NCBI GenBank assembly: GCA_963675295.2
Contig: CAXXKJ010000002.1
Coordinates: 2,304,001 to 2,368,000 of the forward strand
Source: a bacterium
GTDB lineage: Bacteria > Electryoneota > Electryoneia > Electryoneales > Electryoneaceae
Direction: 5' to 3'
DNA: 64,000 nucleotides
The stretch's first letter is position 1. Every line of letters starts with the position of its first letter. This document shows positions 19,603 through 28,871 of this stretch, in pieces. A model generated the notes under the pieces. The model was not told where the DNA came from, searched no databases, and saw nothing but the letters and a program-made list of their open reading frames with translations. A program made the translations under genes and the position numbers.

Positions 19603-20814
19603 TTATTTGCCTCGTGGCCTGAACAGCACCTTGCGCAAGGTGGCGAACAGGTTGTAGGCGATCAGGGTCGTCTGCACGTGACGCTCGATATCGAGCCGCG
19701 CCTCATCGATGGCGGCGAGAGCGTCCTCAAAGTTACGGCCTTCAGTAAAAGTAGCAAATTTAACAAGATGCTCGTCCCGTGCAAGCTCTTTCGCGGAACT
19801 CGGGTCGGCATCGTAGGTTTGTACGTCGCGCAGCCAATGAGCCATCCGTTCCAGAATGCCGGCGAAATCGCCGGAACGGGAAGCCGCGCCCCAATAATCG
19901 ACAAGTTCATCCAGCCGTCCGGGGTCGCCACGCAGCAGATCGCGCAGCAACTCGACGACTTTCATCGTTTCCTTCGTCGGATCGCCCTTCGCCCAGTCAA
20001 CAGCCTGTTTCCACGATCCATCCGCCAGCCGTGCGGCGGCTTCGGCCTTGTCCGGCTTGACTTTCAAGCGTGTAATCAGTTCGTCACGCAGGGTGTCCTG
20101 ATCGATGCGTGCGAACCGCAGCACCTGGCAACGTGACAATATTGTCGGCAATAAGCGCGATTCGCGGGACGAGGTGAGGATGAAGACGACGTTCGCCGGG
20201 GGTTCCTCGAGCAGCTTGAGGAATGCGTTCGCCGCCTGCACGCGCAGCCGGTCGGCCTGGCTGATGAGCACCACGCGCCAGCCGCCGGAGTAGGAGGTCA
20301 GCCGGAATTCGGAACGCAGGGCGCGGATGTGTTCGATCAGGATCTCGTTGCCGCCGGAAACGGACAGGCTGGTGTAGTAATCGTCCGCCTTGGCCGCCAT
20401 CAGGGCGTCCATCTGCTTGCGTTGCGCGGCGGTGTATTGCTCGACGGCGTCAACGCCGTCCTGACCTTCCTTCGGCGGCTGCGGCTTCGGTTGCGGGAAG
20501 AGAATCTTCATGCCCGGGTGGGTCAGCTTCTCGGTTTGCACGCAGCTATCGCAGGTTCCGCAGGGAAGAGCGGCGGAGCGTTGGCCCTTACGGTCTCCTT
20601 CGGACATGCAGAGCAGGATGCGCGCGAAATCCAGCGCGGCGGCTTCCTTGCCGCTGCCAACTTCGCCGAGGAAGAGGTACGCGTGCGCAATCCGGCCGGT
20701 GGTTGCGGCACGGGAGAGAACATCCTTGACCCGGTCCTGGCCGATCAGGTTGCGGAAATGGACACCCGGTTGGATTTGTTCGACGTCATCCAGCAGATCT
20801 ATGAGCTCAGCCAC
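19603..20814 (-). CDS. holB: DNA polymerase III subunit delta'
   Basis: HAYLFLG, PCGTCDSC zinc module, AANAFLKLLEEPP, LLPTILSRCQ. Confidence 0.93.
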   Translation of the reverse strand: MAELIDLLDDVEQIQPGVHFRNLIGQDRVKDVLSRAATTGRIAHAYLFLGEVGSGKEAAALDFARILLCMSEGDRKGQRSAALPCGTCDSCVQTEKLTHPGMKILFPQPKPQPPKEGQDGVDAVEQYTAAQRKQMDALMAAKADDYYTSLSVSGGNEILIEHIRALRSEFRLTSYSGGWRVVLISQADRLRVQAANAFLKLLEEPPANVVFILTSSRESRLLPTILSRCQVLRFARIDQDTLRDELITRLKVKPDKAEAAARLADGSWKQAVDWAKGDPTKETMKVVELLRDLLRGDPGRLDELVDYWGAASRSGDFAGILERMAHWLRDVQTYDADPSSAKELARDEHLVKFATFTEGRNFEDALAAIDEARLDIERHVQTTLIAYNLFATLRKVLFRPRGK

Positions 20815-22085
20815 GCGAGGGGATCCTGTTTTTCCTGCTTGTGCCAGACCTGGAAGTGCAGCCGTGGTGAATCGGCGCCTCCAGATTGGCCCACGGTACC
20901 GATGACCCGTCCGGCGTCCACCTGTTCATTTTCGCTGACGAGCACGTTCGCAAGGTGGGCATACACGGTATAATACCCGTTCTGATGGGAAATCAAGACC
21001 GTGTTTCCGAACCCTCGAACGTAGGTAATCCGTGTGCAGATCCCCTCCTGCACGGCCAGGACTTCGGAGCCCTCGTGAGCCTGAATGTCGATGCCGGGGT
21101 TCTCGGTGACGGTGCCGGTGGACTGGTTTCGTTCCAGCCCGAAGCGTGTGACGACCCGGCCTTTCACCGGCCACGGCAGTTTGCCGCGTGCGGACGGGAA
21201 GGAGGTGAAGTGCGGAACCTCGCGGATGACGATCTCGGTTGGTGAATTAACGCCAACTTCCTGTACGCCACCGGAAACGCGCTGGCGTTCGAGGGACGCG
21301 ATCCAGTCGGTGACCTCGCTCATCGCGGACTGACGGTCGGCGATGCGTTGGCTAAGGGCGTTCTTGTCCGCTCGCAGGCTGGCGATGGTAGCGTTGAGTT
21401 GCTCGCGGTCGGCCTCGATCAGCTTGCGTTCACCGTTGGCTTCAGCGAGCAGGGCTTCGGCACGCTTCACCTGTGCGGCTTTTTCAGCACGGGTCTCGGC
21501 GAGGGCGGCGATCAGGGCGCGGTGTTTGCCGGCAATGCGTTCCTGGGTATTGCGGGCGACGGCGAGCGCGTCGAGGTTCGAATGGTCGCGTTCGTTGATT
21601 TTGCGAACGTAGACTTGGCGCTGGAGAAACTCGCCAAGGGACGATGCGTTCAACAAGTAGGCGAGGACGTTGCGGTCACCTTGTTTGTAAACATGCACGG
21701 CCCGCGCCGCGACTTGAGATTGCAGGGTGGAAATGTCGGCTCGAGTGGCGTCGAGGTCGCGTTCCACCTGGCCGAGCTCGCGCTGTTGTTTGGTGATCTG
21801 ACGGTCCTGCTTGCGGACTTCAGCGCGGGCGTTGTCGCGCTGGTTGTCGAGTTCGCGGATCAGTTTCTGCCGGGCGGCGATCTGCTTGTCGAGGGCTTGG
21901 ATCTGTTTGGCGAGGTCGCGTTCGGTGTGGCCGAGGGACTCGAGGACAACGGTGAGGCTGTCAACTTCACCACGAAGGCGGTCGAGGCGGTCGCGCGGAT
22001 TTTCCTGCAGCATCGCCCGGCTCCCGGCTGCGATCAGCAGCAGGGAAATGATAAAAATGAGCCGAACGTGAGGAGCTCGCCGCAT
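20799..22085 (-). CDS. EnvC-like coiled-coil protein with C-terminal M23 domain (murein hydrolase activator)
   Basis: Signal peptide, long coiled coil, GKLPWPVKG, NPGIDI, YTVYAHL, LHFQVW; first zinc ligand (HxxxD) replaced, as in EnvC. Confidence 0.88.
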   Translation of the reverse strand: MRRAPHVRLIFIISLLLIAAGSRAMLQENPRDRLDRLRGEVDSLTVVLESLGHTERDLAKQIQALDKQIAARQKLIRELDNQRDNARAEVRKQDRQITKQQRELGQVERDLDATRADISTLQSQVAARAVHVYKQGDRNVLAYLLNASSLGEFLQRQVYVRKINERDHSNLDALAVARNTQERIAGKHRALIAALAETRAEKAAQVKRAEALLAEANGERKLIEADREQLNATIASLRADKNALSQRIADRQSAMSEVTDWIASLERQRVSGGVQEVGVNSPTEIVIREVPHFTSFPSARGKLPWPVKGRVVTRFGLERNQSTGTVTENPGIDIQAHEGSEVLAVQEGICTRITYVRGFGNTVLISHQNGYYTVYAHLANVLVSENEQVDAGRVIGTVGQSGGADSPRLHFQVWHKQEKQDPLAWLSS

Positions 22086-22270
22086 AAATTTGTTATCTTT
22101 CGAGTTCGGGTCAAATCGTGCCGGGAATCCCCGTCGCCATTCCTCGGATTGAGGGAACCGGGAAGTCCGCAGATGGAAAGATACAACGGCGATAAGCGGC
22201 AGTTCAAGCACGATTTCTAACGTACAGATAGCTTTCAAAGACGGTTGTAGACGAGAATGGGGGTAGGATC

Positions 22271-24325
22271 ATGCGTTCACGATGGATCATACTCTTTGTC
22301 GCAATAGGAGTGGTGGCAGGGGTTTCGAGCTACGCGGAGCAGTACAGCCCGGCGACACAACCGTTCGTCCAGCGCCTGGTGGACGAATCTCTCGCCGGGG
22401 AGGTGGTGGACTTCTGCTCTCACGGGAAAGCGACGGCGTGGCTGGACAAGGGCGCGTATGTCATCGCCGATGACAGCAGCCACAGCTACAATTCGCTGCA
22501 CCTGGACATCCGTCTGACGCCGGACATGGACTCGGACTCGTTCGAGGGCACGGTGATCATGACTGCCGAGGCGAACGAGACGCTGAACAGCTTCTGGTAC
22601 AACCTCAAGGATTGCAGCATTCAGTCGGTGCTGGTCAATGGAACGGCGGCGACATTCAACATCTCCAATGAAGTGGTGACGGTTACTCCCACGTCACCGA
22701 TTGCGTCTGGCGCTGAATTTACGGTTGAAACGAACTACACCGGCAATATTTACGGGACCAACGCTGACGGCGGCATGATCGAGTCGTCCTCGACGAATAC
22801 AGTGTTCACATTCGGCGAACCGTACGATACCCGTCGCTGGCTGGCGTGTTACGATTTTCCGTTCGACAAGGTGACCAGCGAGATGCGGGTGACCATCGAC
22901 GAAGATTACGAGGTGTTGTCGAACGGTCTGCTGGAATCGGTGACGAATCACGGCAACGGGACGCATACGTACTACTGGATCAACGACGAGCCGGTTTCGA
23001 CGTACCTGATCGCGTTTTCCGCCGGGCCGTATGTGATTGTCCATGACGATCCGGCCGGGGTCAACGATACGCCGGTTGCGTATTGGATTCTGCCGCAGTG
23101 GCAGGCGCAGGCGGAGTATGATTTCGGCCGCACGGACGAGATGATCGACTATTTCGAGCCGTTGTTCGGGGCGTATCCGTTCGTGAAGTACGATCAGGCG
23201 ATGGCGGCGATTTTCGGCGGCTGGGGTGCGATGGAGCATCAGACGTGCACGACGATGGGGCACGCGCTTGTAAACAACGGCAATCGGTACTACGAGAACA
23301 TTGTCGCGCATGAACTGGGCCATATGTGGTGGGGTGATTATGTCGGCCCGCGCACGTTCAAGAACATCTGGCTGAACGAGGGGTTCGCGTCCTACAGCGA
23401 GGCGTTGTGGGCTGAACACTTCTCGTTGCAAGACCGGAAAGACATTCTCGCAACGTTCCGCAGCTCGTTCTTCAATCACGATAACAGCAACCGGCACCCA
23501 ATCTACGATCCGCCGCCGGGGCATCTGTTCTGCTCCACCGTGTACAAGAAAGGCGGCTGGATTCTGCACATGCTGCGTTGGGTTGTCGGCGATCAGAATT
23601 TCTTCGACGGGCTGCAGTATTACGCCAGCCAGCACGCGTACGAGACTGCCGTGACGCCCGAATTCCAGGCGGCGATGGAACATGTCAGCGGGATGAATTT
23701 GACGCGTTTCTTCGACGAGTGGGTCTATGGCCAGGGCTATCCGGAATACCTGATTACCGGGTGGAAGGTGCGGAAGAACGGGGACACGTGGGACGCGACG
23801 TTCCGTCTGACGCAGACCCAGACGAATGCGCCGTATTTCTCGACGCCGTTGCCGATCCTGGTGCGTGAACAGACCTCGGAAAGTCCAGTGCAGTATCGTG
23901 AGACGCTGGTCCGTGCGGAAGTGTTGCCGATGGCGGAGCAGACGGTGACGTTGAGTGGATTTGAGTTGCCGCCGGATTCGTTCGAATTCGATCCGGACGA
24001 GTGGATTCTGTGCCTGTCCGAGTACCGGTCGAGTGTGGACGATTTCGAGATTCTGCCGAGCCAGTTCGAGGTGTCGAACGTGTGGCCGAATCCGTTCAAC
24101 TCGACGGCGGCAGTGACGGTTCAGCTTGATCGTCCCAGCCATCTCCGTGCGGAGGTGTTTGACCTGCTCGGGCGTTCAGTTGCGCTGTTGGCGGATGATA
24201 ACTACACTGTTGGATCACACCGGCTGACGTGGACTCCGGAAGGCATGTTTGCCAGTGGAACCTACCTGCTTCGTGTGGAAGCAGGATCGCAAACCGAGAT
24301 ACGAAAGCTCGTTTTCCTGCAATGA
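22271..24325 (+). CDS. Secreted M1-family zinc aminopeptidase with T9SS C-terminal sorting domain
   Basis: Signal peptide; GAMEH; HELGHMWWG...WLNEGFA; VYKKG; CTD WPNPFN...FDLLGR...SGTYLLRV...KLVFLQ. Confidence 0.92.
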   Translation: MRSRWIILFVAIGVVAGVSSYAEQYSPATQPFVQRLVDESLAGEVVDFCSHGKATAWLDKGAYVIADDSSHSYNSLHLDIRLTPDMDSDSFEGTVIMTAEANETLNSFWYNLKDCSIQSVLVNGTAATFNISNEVVTVTPTSPIASGAEFTVETNYTGNIYGTNADGGMIESSSTNTVFTFGEPYDTRRWLACYDFPFDKVTSEMRVTIDEDYEVLSNGLLESVTNHGNGTHTYYWINDEPVSTYLIAFSAGPYVIVHDDPAGVNDTPVAYWILPQWQAQAEYDFGRTDEMIDYFEPLFGAYPFVKYDQAMAAIFGGWGAMEHQTCTTMGHALVNNGNRYYENIVAHELGHMWWGDYVGPRTFKNIWLNEGFASYSEALWAEHFSLQDRKDILATFRSSFFNHDNSNRHPIYDPPPGHLFCSTVYKKGGWILHMLRWVVGDQNFFDGLQYYASQHAYETAVTPEFQAAMEHVSGMNLTRFFDEWVYGQGYPEYLITGWKVRKNGDTWDATFRLTQTQTNAPYFSTPLPILVREQTSESPVQYRETLVRAEVLPMAEQTVTLSGFELPPDSFEFDPDEWILCLSEYRSSVDDFEILPSQFEVSNVWPNPFNSTAAVTVQLDRPSHLRAEVFDLLGRSVALLADDNYTVGSHRLTWTPEGMFASGTYLLRVEAGSQTEIRKLVFLQ

Positions 24326-25044
24326 CGATCCAGCCTGCCGACGATGCGGTGCGTCAGAAATCGCACCGCATCGCCGGGATGTTTAACCACATCGCACCGA
24401 CCTACGATTTGCTCAACCGTTTGCTCAGCATGGGACTGGACAAACGGTGGCGTTCTCTTGCCTTGAAAGCCGGTTCGCCGAAGCCGACCGAACTGTGGCT
24501 CGATCTTGCCGCTGGCAGCGGGGACATGGTCTTCGCGGGCTTGAAACTATCCCCGGCCAGCCGTTGGTTCGCTGCGGACCCCTCGCGCGAACTGTTGCTG
24601 CGGCTGCAGAAGAAGGTACCGCCGGGGGTGAAGGTGCCAGCAACGCTGACCCGTGCGGAAGATCTGCCGTATGCCGATGGGACGTTTGATGGTGTCACCG
24701 TCGCGTTCGGCGTGCGCAATTTCGCCGACACGCATCGTGGATTGAGTGAGCTGGCGCGTGTGCTGAAGCCTGGTGGACGGCTGGTCATCCTCGAATTCCA
24801 TCCGAGCACGGTGGGGCAGTGGGGTGTGAACCCGTTGGTCAAGTTTTACCTGCACAACGTGATCCCGCTGGTCGGTGCGCTGGTCAGCCGGCAGTACAAG
24901 GCGTACCGTTACCTCTCCGAATCTTCCCGCAATTTCTGGACGGTCGAGCTGCTTGCGCGCGAACTGCGTGAGGCTGGCTTCGCGAAAGTCCAGTGGCAGT
25001 CCGTGTTTGCCCAATCGGTAATGCTAACCCGGGCGATCCGATGA
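24322..25044 (+). CDS. menG: UbiE/MenG demethylmenaquinone methyltransferase
   Basis: MFNHIAPTYDLLNRLLSMG, LDLAAGSGD, AFGVRN, RVLKPGG, AYRYLSES; ATGA overlap with the upstream stop. Confidence 0.88.
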   Translation: MTIQPADDAVRQKSHRIAGMFNHIAPTYDLLNRLLSMGLDKRWRSLALKAGSPKPTELWLDLAAGSGDMVFAGLKLSPASRWFAADPSRELLLRLQKKVPPGVKVPATLTRAEDLPYADGTFDGVTVAFGVRNFADTHRGLSELARVLKPGGRLVILEFHPSTVGQWGVNPLVKFYLHNVIPLVGALVSRQYKAYRYLSESSRNFWTVELLARELREAGFAKVQWQSVFAQSVMLTRAIR

Positions 25045-25424
25045 GACGGCGGAGTTTGCGTTTCCGTCCCGGCGACGTGGTGGTGATCCTGGTGCTGGTG
25101 GTGCTCGCTGTTGGACTCACAGTGCTGACTGGATCGGTGCCGCGTGGCGCACGGGCGGTGGTGCTGGTGGACGGAATTTCGAAAGCCGTGTTGCCGTTGG
25201 ATCAACCGGGTGAAGTTCGTGTGAATGGCGCGTTGGGCGAAACCGTGGTCGTGGTGGATAGCCTCGGGGTGCAGATCACCGAGTCCGCGTGTCCGCACAA
25301 GACCTGCGTTCACATGGGACATATTTCGGTGCGGGGGCAGGTGCTGATCTGCGTGCCGAACCACGTGGCGGTGCGGGTCGAGGGCGGGGACGATGAGTCG
25401 AACCTCGACGGTGTAACGGGGTGA
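25041..25424 (+). CDS. NusG domain II (DUF1312; EetA-like) membrane-anchored protein
   Basis: N-terminal TM GDVVVILVLVVLAVG; SACPHKTCVHMGHI...ICVPN signature. Confidence 0.88.
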   Translation: MRRRSLRFRPGDVVVILVLVVLAVGLTVLTGSVPRGARAVVLVDGISKAVLPLDQPGEVRVNGALGETVVVVDSLGVQITESACPHKTCVHMGHISVRGQVLICVPNHVAVRVEGGDDESNLDGVTG

Positions 25425-25436
25425 GCGCAGCGTTCG

Positions 25437-25979
25437 ATGAGTGAACATGCCCGAACAGATGTGATGCGTCACGCGCGCATTCTCGCCCGGCTGTCGTTAT
25501 GGACGGCGGTGGGGGTGGTGCTCGGCGGACTTGAGCGGATGCTGCCGCAGCCGGTGCCGTGGGCGAAGCTTGGGATCGCGAACCTCGCGGCGGTGCTGGT
25601 GCTGTATGGCTTCGGCTGGCGGCTGGCGTTGCTGGTCAATGTCGCGCGGGCGTTGACGGTTGCGTTGCTGTTTGGCACGTGGGCGACGCCGGTGTTCCTG
25701 CTGTCGCTCGGTGGGGCGGTGTTGTCGATTCCGGCGATGGCGTTCGTGCGAGGGATCGGCGGACGTTATGTCAGCGTGATCAGTGTCTCGGCGGTGGGTG
25801 GGTTCACGCACATGTTGACACAATTCGCGCTGGCGTCGTGGTTGATCGCACGCCATGGCGGGTTGCTGGTATTCGCCGGGCCGAGCCTGCTGGTGGCAAT
25901 TGTCAGCGGGGTGTTGGTTGGTCTGCTCGCCGCGTTGTTGCTGGTTCGGTTGCCGCGTTCGCTGGTCTACAGTCCTTGA
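25437..25979 (+). CDS. Gx transporter / heptaprenyl diphosphate synthase component I family membrane protein (EetB-like)
   Basis: LERMLPQPVPWAKLGIANL, SLGGAVLS, SVSAVGGFTH; several TM helices. Confidence 0.88.
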   Translation: MSEHARTDVMRHARILARLSLWTAVGVVLGGLERMLPQPVPWAKLGIANLAAVLVLYGFGWRLALLVNVARALTVALLFGTWATPVFLLSLGGAVLSIPAMAFVRGIGGRYVSVISVSAVGGFTHMLTQFALASWLIARHGGLLVFAGPSLLVAIVSGVLVGLLAALLLVRLPRSLVYSP

Positions 25980-26081
25980 CCATTTCTTTCCTGTTCAGTA
26001 GGTTTCAGACAGTGAATCGGCGGCGAGTCATGACTTGTCGCCACTACCTGTTGAATCCAACGATCCTGGAGGAGATGAACC

Positions 26082-26750
26082 ATGGCGAAGGTAGCTGTAG
26101 TCCTGGCGGGCAGTGGTGTGAAGGACGGTTCGGAAATCCATGAGGCGACATTGGCGTTGCTGCACCTGGACGATCTCGGTGCGACGTACCAGTGTTTTGC
26201 GCCGGACAAGCCGCAGTTTCATGTCGTCGATCACCTCAAGGGTGAGGAGATGGCGGGCGAACGGAATGTGCTGGTTGAAGCGGCACGGATCGCGCGAGGG
26301 GATGTCAAGCCGTTGAGCGACCTGAAGGCGGCGGATTACGATGCGATTGTCTTTCCCGGCGGGTTCGGTGCGGCGAAGAATCTGTGTAACTATGCGTTCA
26401 AGGGTGCGGACTGTTCGGTCGATGCGGATGTGGAACGCGCGATCCTCGAGTTTGACGCGGCGGGGAAGGTGAAGACCTTCATCTGCATCGCGCCGGTGAT
26501 CGCGGCGAATGTGTTCGGCAAGCAGGGCAAGAAGGTCCAGGTGACGGTCGGCAACAGTGCGCACAACAGTGGTGATATGGACAATGTGCGGAAGATGGGC
26601 GGCGAACCGGTCGATGCGAATGTGGACCAGGCGGTGGTCGATGCGGCGAACAAGGTGGTGTCCGCGCCGGCGTACCAGCTCGGGCCGACGATTGCGCCGG
26701 TCAGCCGTGGTATCCGGAAGGCGATCGAGGAGACGCTGAAGCTGGTGTGA
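26082..26750 (+). CDS. elbB: ElbB / ES1 glyoxalase (DJ-1/PfpI superfamily)
   Basis: VVLAGSGVKDGSEIHE, RNVLVEAARIARG, PGGFGAAKNL, ICIAP; strong SD GGAGGAG. Confidence 0.93.
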   Translation: MAKVAVVLAGSGVKDGSEIHEATLALLHLDDLGATYQCFAPDKPQFHVVDHLKGEEMAGERNVLVEAARIARGDVKPLSDLKAADYDAIVFPGGFGAAKNLCNYAFKGADCSVDADVERAILEFDAAGKVKTFICIAPVIAANVFGKQGKKVQVTVGNSAHNSGDMDNVRKMGGEPVDANVDQAVVDAANKVVSAPAYQLGPTIAPVSRGIRKAIEETLKLV

Positions 26751-26751
26751 G

Positions 26752-26786
26752 GCGAGATTCGAGATTTGAGATGTGAGATGTGAGAA
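26752..26786. repeat. 7-bp periodic tandem repeat (NNGAGAT x5)
   Basis: gcgagat tcgagat ttgagat gtgagat gtgagaa directly after the elbB stop. Confidence 0.75.
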
Positions 26787-26792
26787 ACATGG

Positions 26793-26825
26793 CGGGGACA
26801 CTTGTGGGCAGCAGCGGTGTCCCCG
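26793..26825. repeat. GGGGACAC...GTGTCCCC hairpin element, copy 1
   Basis: cggggacac-ttgtgggcagcagcg-gtgtccccg; same family at 28580 and 42006. Confidence 0.75.
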
Positions 26826-26925
26826 GTTTCATTTTGAAACAGGTCGCTGTCCCAGCCGCTGCAAGGTTTCCAGTTTGTAGCCGGATTCCTGGTTATATTG
26901 ATCCTATCAAATCAGAGAGGTTACG

Positions 26926-28458
26926 ATGCTGAAAACACTTGTATTTCCTGGTATACTCCTGAGCTTGATGTTCACGCTACAGGTTCCTGCAACTGCAGAA
27001 ATCCTACATACCATCAGCGATTCACAAACATATGGTGGTCCCTCCCTGTTGGATTTTGAAGGTGATGGGGACTTGGATATTCTCCATGGTTCTGTCTCTG
27101 GGGAAGATCACCCACCGCTTTACTGGTACATCAACGACGGCCAGGGACAATTCACCCTTCAGGAGTCGCAAACCTTATTCCATCGTTGCGATGCCAGCGA
27201 CGCTGGAGATCTGGATAGCGATGGCGATATCGATTTTGTAGTTCTTGAAAGCGAAGTCGGTGTTTATCCGGAATTAACCTGGTATGAAAACATCGGCAGC
27301 GGTTCTTATCTGGCTCATGACCTTCTTCTTGATCACGGCGGTTTCTGGGTAAAAATCGTGGATTTCGATGGGGACGGCGATCTGGACATTATTACAACCG
27401 CCACCTACAGTGAATTTCCACCTCAACCTTCACTACGATTGTTCCAGAACAATGGTGAGGGTTTCTTCCAGGAATTCACCTACACTAACAATGTGATTGG
27501 TAGTTTCTCGAGATTTGATACTGGTGATTTGGATGGTGATGGGGATGCTGATATTGTAGCGCTCGGTGGAAGTCGAGCATCAATTCTGTGGAATAACGGA
27601 TCTTTTTTCAACATGGACAGAGAAAACCTGTTTCCGTATGCGTTTTATAGCGACGGTGTTGCGGTCGCGGATGTCGATCTGGATGCTGATATTGACCTGA
27701 TCTTTCACAACATTGATACAACAATTGTTGCCTTTAACAACAATGACGGTAACTTCATCATTCATAGGATGTTTCCAGATTTTGATGCAGCCCTTTGGGC
27801 GGGAATTGCAGCAACAGACTGGGAACTTGACGGAGATGTTGATATCCTGGTTGGAGCCTATAGGCGATACACCAATCAGGAGAACATGGAATTCACACCC
27901 GATCCAAGCGATTTATTCATTGGCGATCTACTCCTTGGAGATATGGATTCTGATGGTGATTTGGACTGTGTACGGACAATTGGTGACGAGCTTGCCTGGA
28001 TCGAGAATGAAACAGATCCGGGAGTTGTGACCATCGGCATTGTCCCGCAACCCGGCGGGATCAGCTTACCCACTATGGGTGGAACATTCCGCTATTCAGG
28101 CACTCTGTGGAATCAACTGAGCTCACCAAAAACTGGGTACATCTGGGCAGAAGTACGTGGACCGGGTGGTACGACTGTGCGCCCCTGGGCACGTCCAATC
28201 GGTGTTCTGCCCGGCGTGACTTACCAATCGCTGAATATCGAGCAAGAAGTCCCCGCCGGTCTACCCAGCGGAACCTACACCTATTTCCTTCGTGCCGGAC
28301 GCCGTTTGAGCACACCTCTTGTCTCTGACTCCCTTGTGTTCACAATTGGGACTGGGTTGCCTCAACCAGCAGTAATTCCTGGGCAAAGCGGGCAATCTTC
28401 GCAGCAATCTCATAAGCCCTGGGCGGTGACTGGTGAGTGGATTCCTGTTCAGAAATGA
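26926..28458 (+). CDS. Secreted FG-GAP/VCBS repeat protein with C-terminal Ig-like domain
   Basis: Signal peptide; about seven DxDxDGDxD repeats (DFEGDGDLD, DLDSDGDID, DFDGDGDLD, DLDGDGDAD...); visibly more A/T-ending codons than neighbours. Confidence 0.88.
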   Translation: MLKTLVFPGILLSLMFTLQVPATAEILHTISDSQTYGGPSLLDFEGDGDLDILHGSVSGEDHPPLYWYINDGQGQFTLQESQTLFHRCDASDAGDLDSDGDIDFVVLESEVGVYPELTWYENIGSGSYLAHDLLLDHGGFWVKIVDFDGDGDLDIITTATYSEFPPQPSLRLFQNNGEGFFQEFTYTNNVIGSFSRFDTGDLDGDGDADIVALGGSRASILWNNGSFFNMDRENLFPYAFYSDGVAVADVDLDADIDLIFHNIDTTIVAFNNNDGNFIIHRMFPDFDAALWAGIAATDWELDGDVDILVGAYRRYTNQENMEFTPDPSDLFIGDLLLGDMDSDGDLDCVRTIGDELAWIENETDPGVVTIGIVPQPGGISLPTMGGTFRYSGTLWNQLSSPKTGYIWAEVRGPGGTTVRPWARPIGVLPGVTYQSLNIEQEVPAGLPSGTYTYFLRAGRRLSTPLVSDSLVFTIGTGLPQPAVIPGQSGQSSQQSHKPWAVTGEWIPVQK

Positions 28459-28513
28459 AGTGGTCTTCCGAGCTGAGTAGCTGGTTCGTCGAAGCGGCCA
28501 ACAGGGGCATATT

Positions 28514-28694
28514 GTACACCCGGGTCACGAGATGACCGGGGCCACCCATGGAAGGCTCACCGAATGATCTGGGCCACTCAACCGGGGACACTTTGGGGAC
28601 AAAGTGTCCCCGGTTCGACCCGGGCCACCCAGGCAAGCGCGCCGACATTACCCGGGCCCCCGCCGACCGCAGTCCGCAGTCCGCAGCCTGAGGC
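28514..28694. repeat. Repeat cluster: (G)ACCYGGGCCACCC-like motif x5, 16-bp-stem GGGGACAC hairpin, heptamer run
   Basis: Motifs near 28514, 28531, 28563, 28614 and 28646; aaccggggacactttg-ggga-caaagtgtccccggtt at 28580-28615; ccgcagt ccgcagt ccgcagc at 28667. Confidence 0.7.
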
Positions 28695-28871
28695 AAAAAC
28701 GCACTCGTGGAGGCGGGTTGGTGGCGCTGGGGTTCGTATCTTCTGACTCGTGGTAGAACAAACGCGCGGGCTGTTCCAGTCCGCGATTTCCGTTGTAGTC
28801 ATCAACAACCGTACGCATCCGTGGGGGAGTCAGAGTCCGGACGGGTGGCGTCGAGTTGCAGGGAGGACGTG

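Noticed and set aside
26790-28700. Integron gene cassette with attC sites
   Set aside because: The flanking hairpins lack RYYYAAC/GTTRRRY ends and no integron integrase is present.
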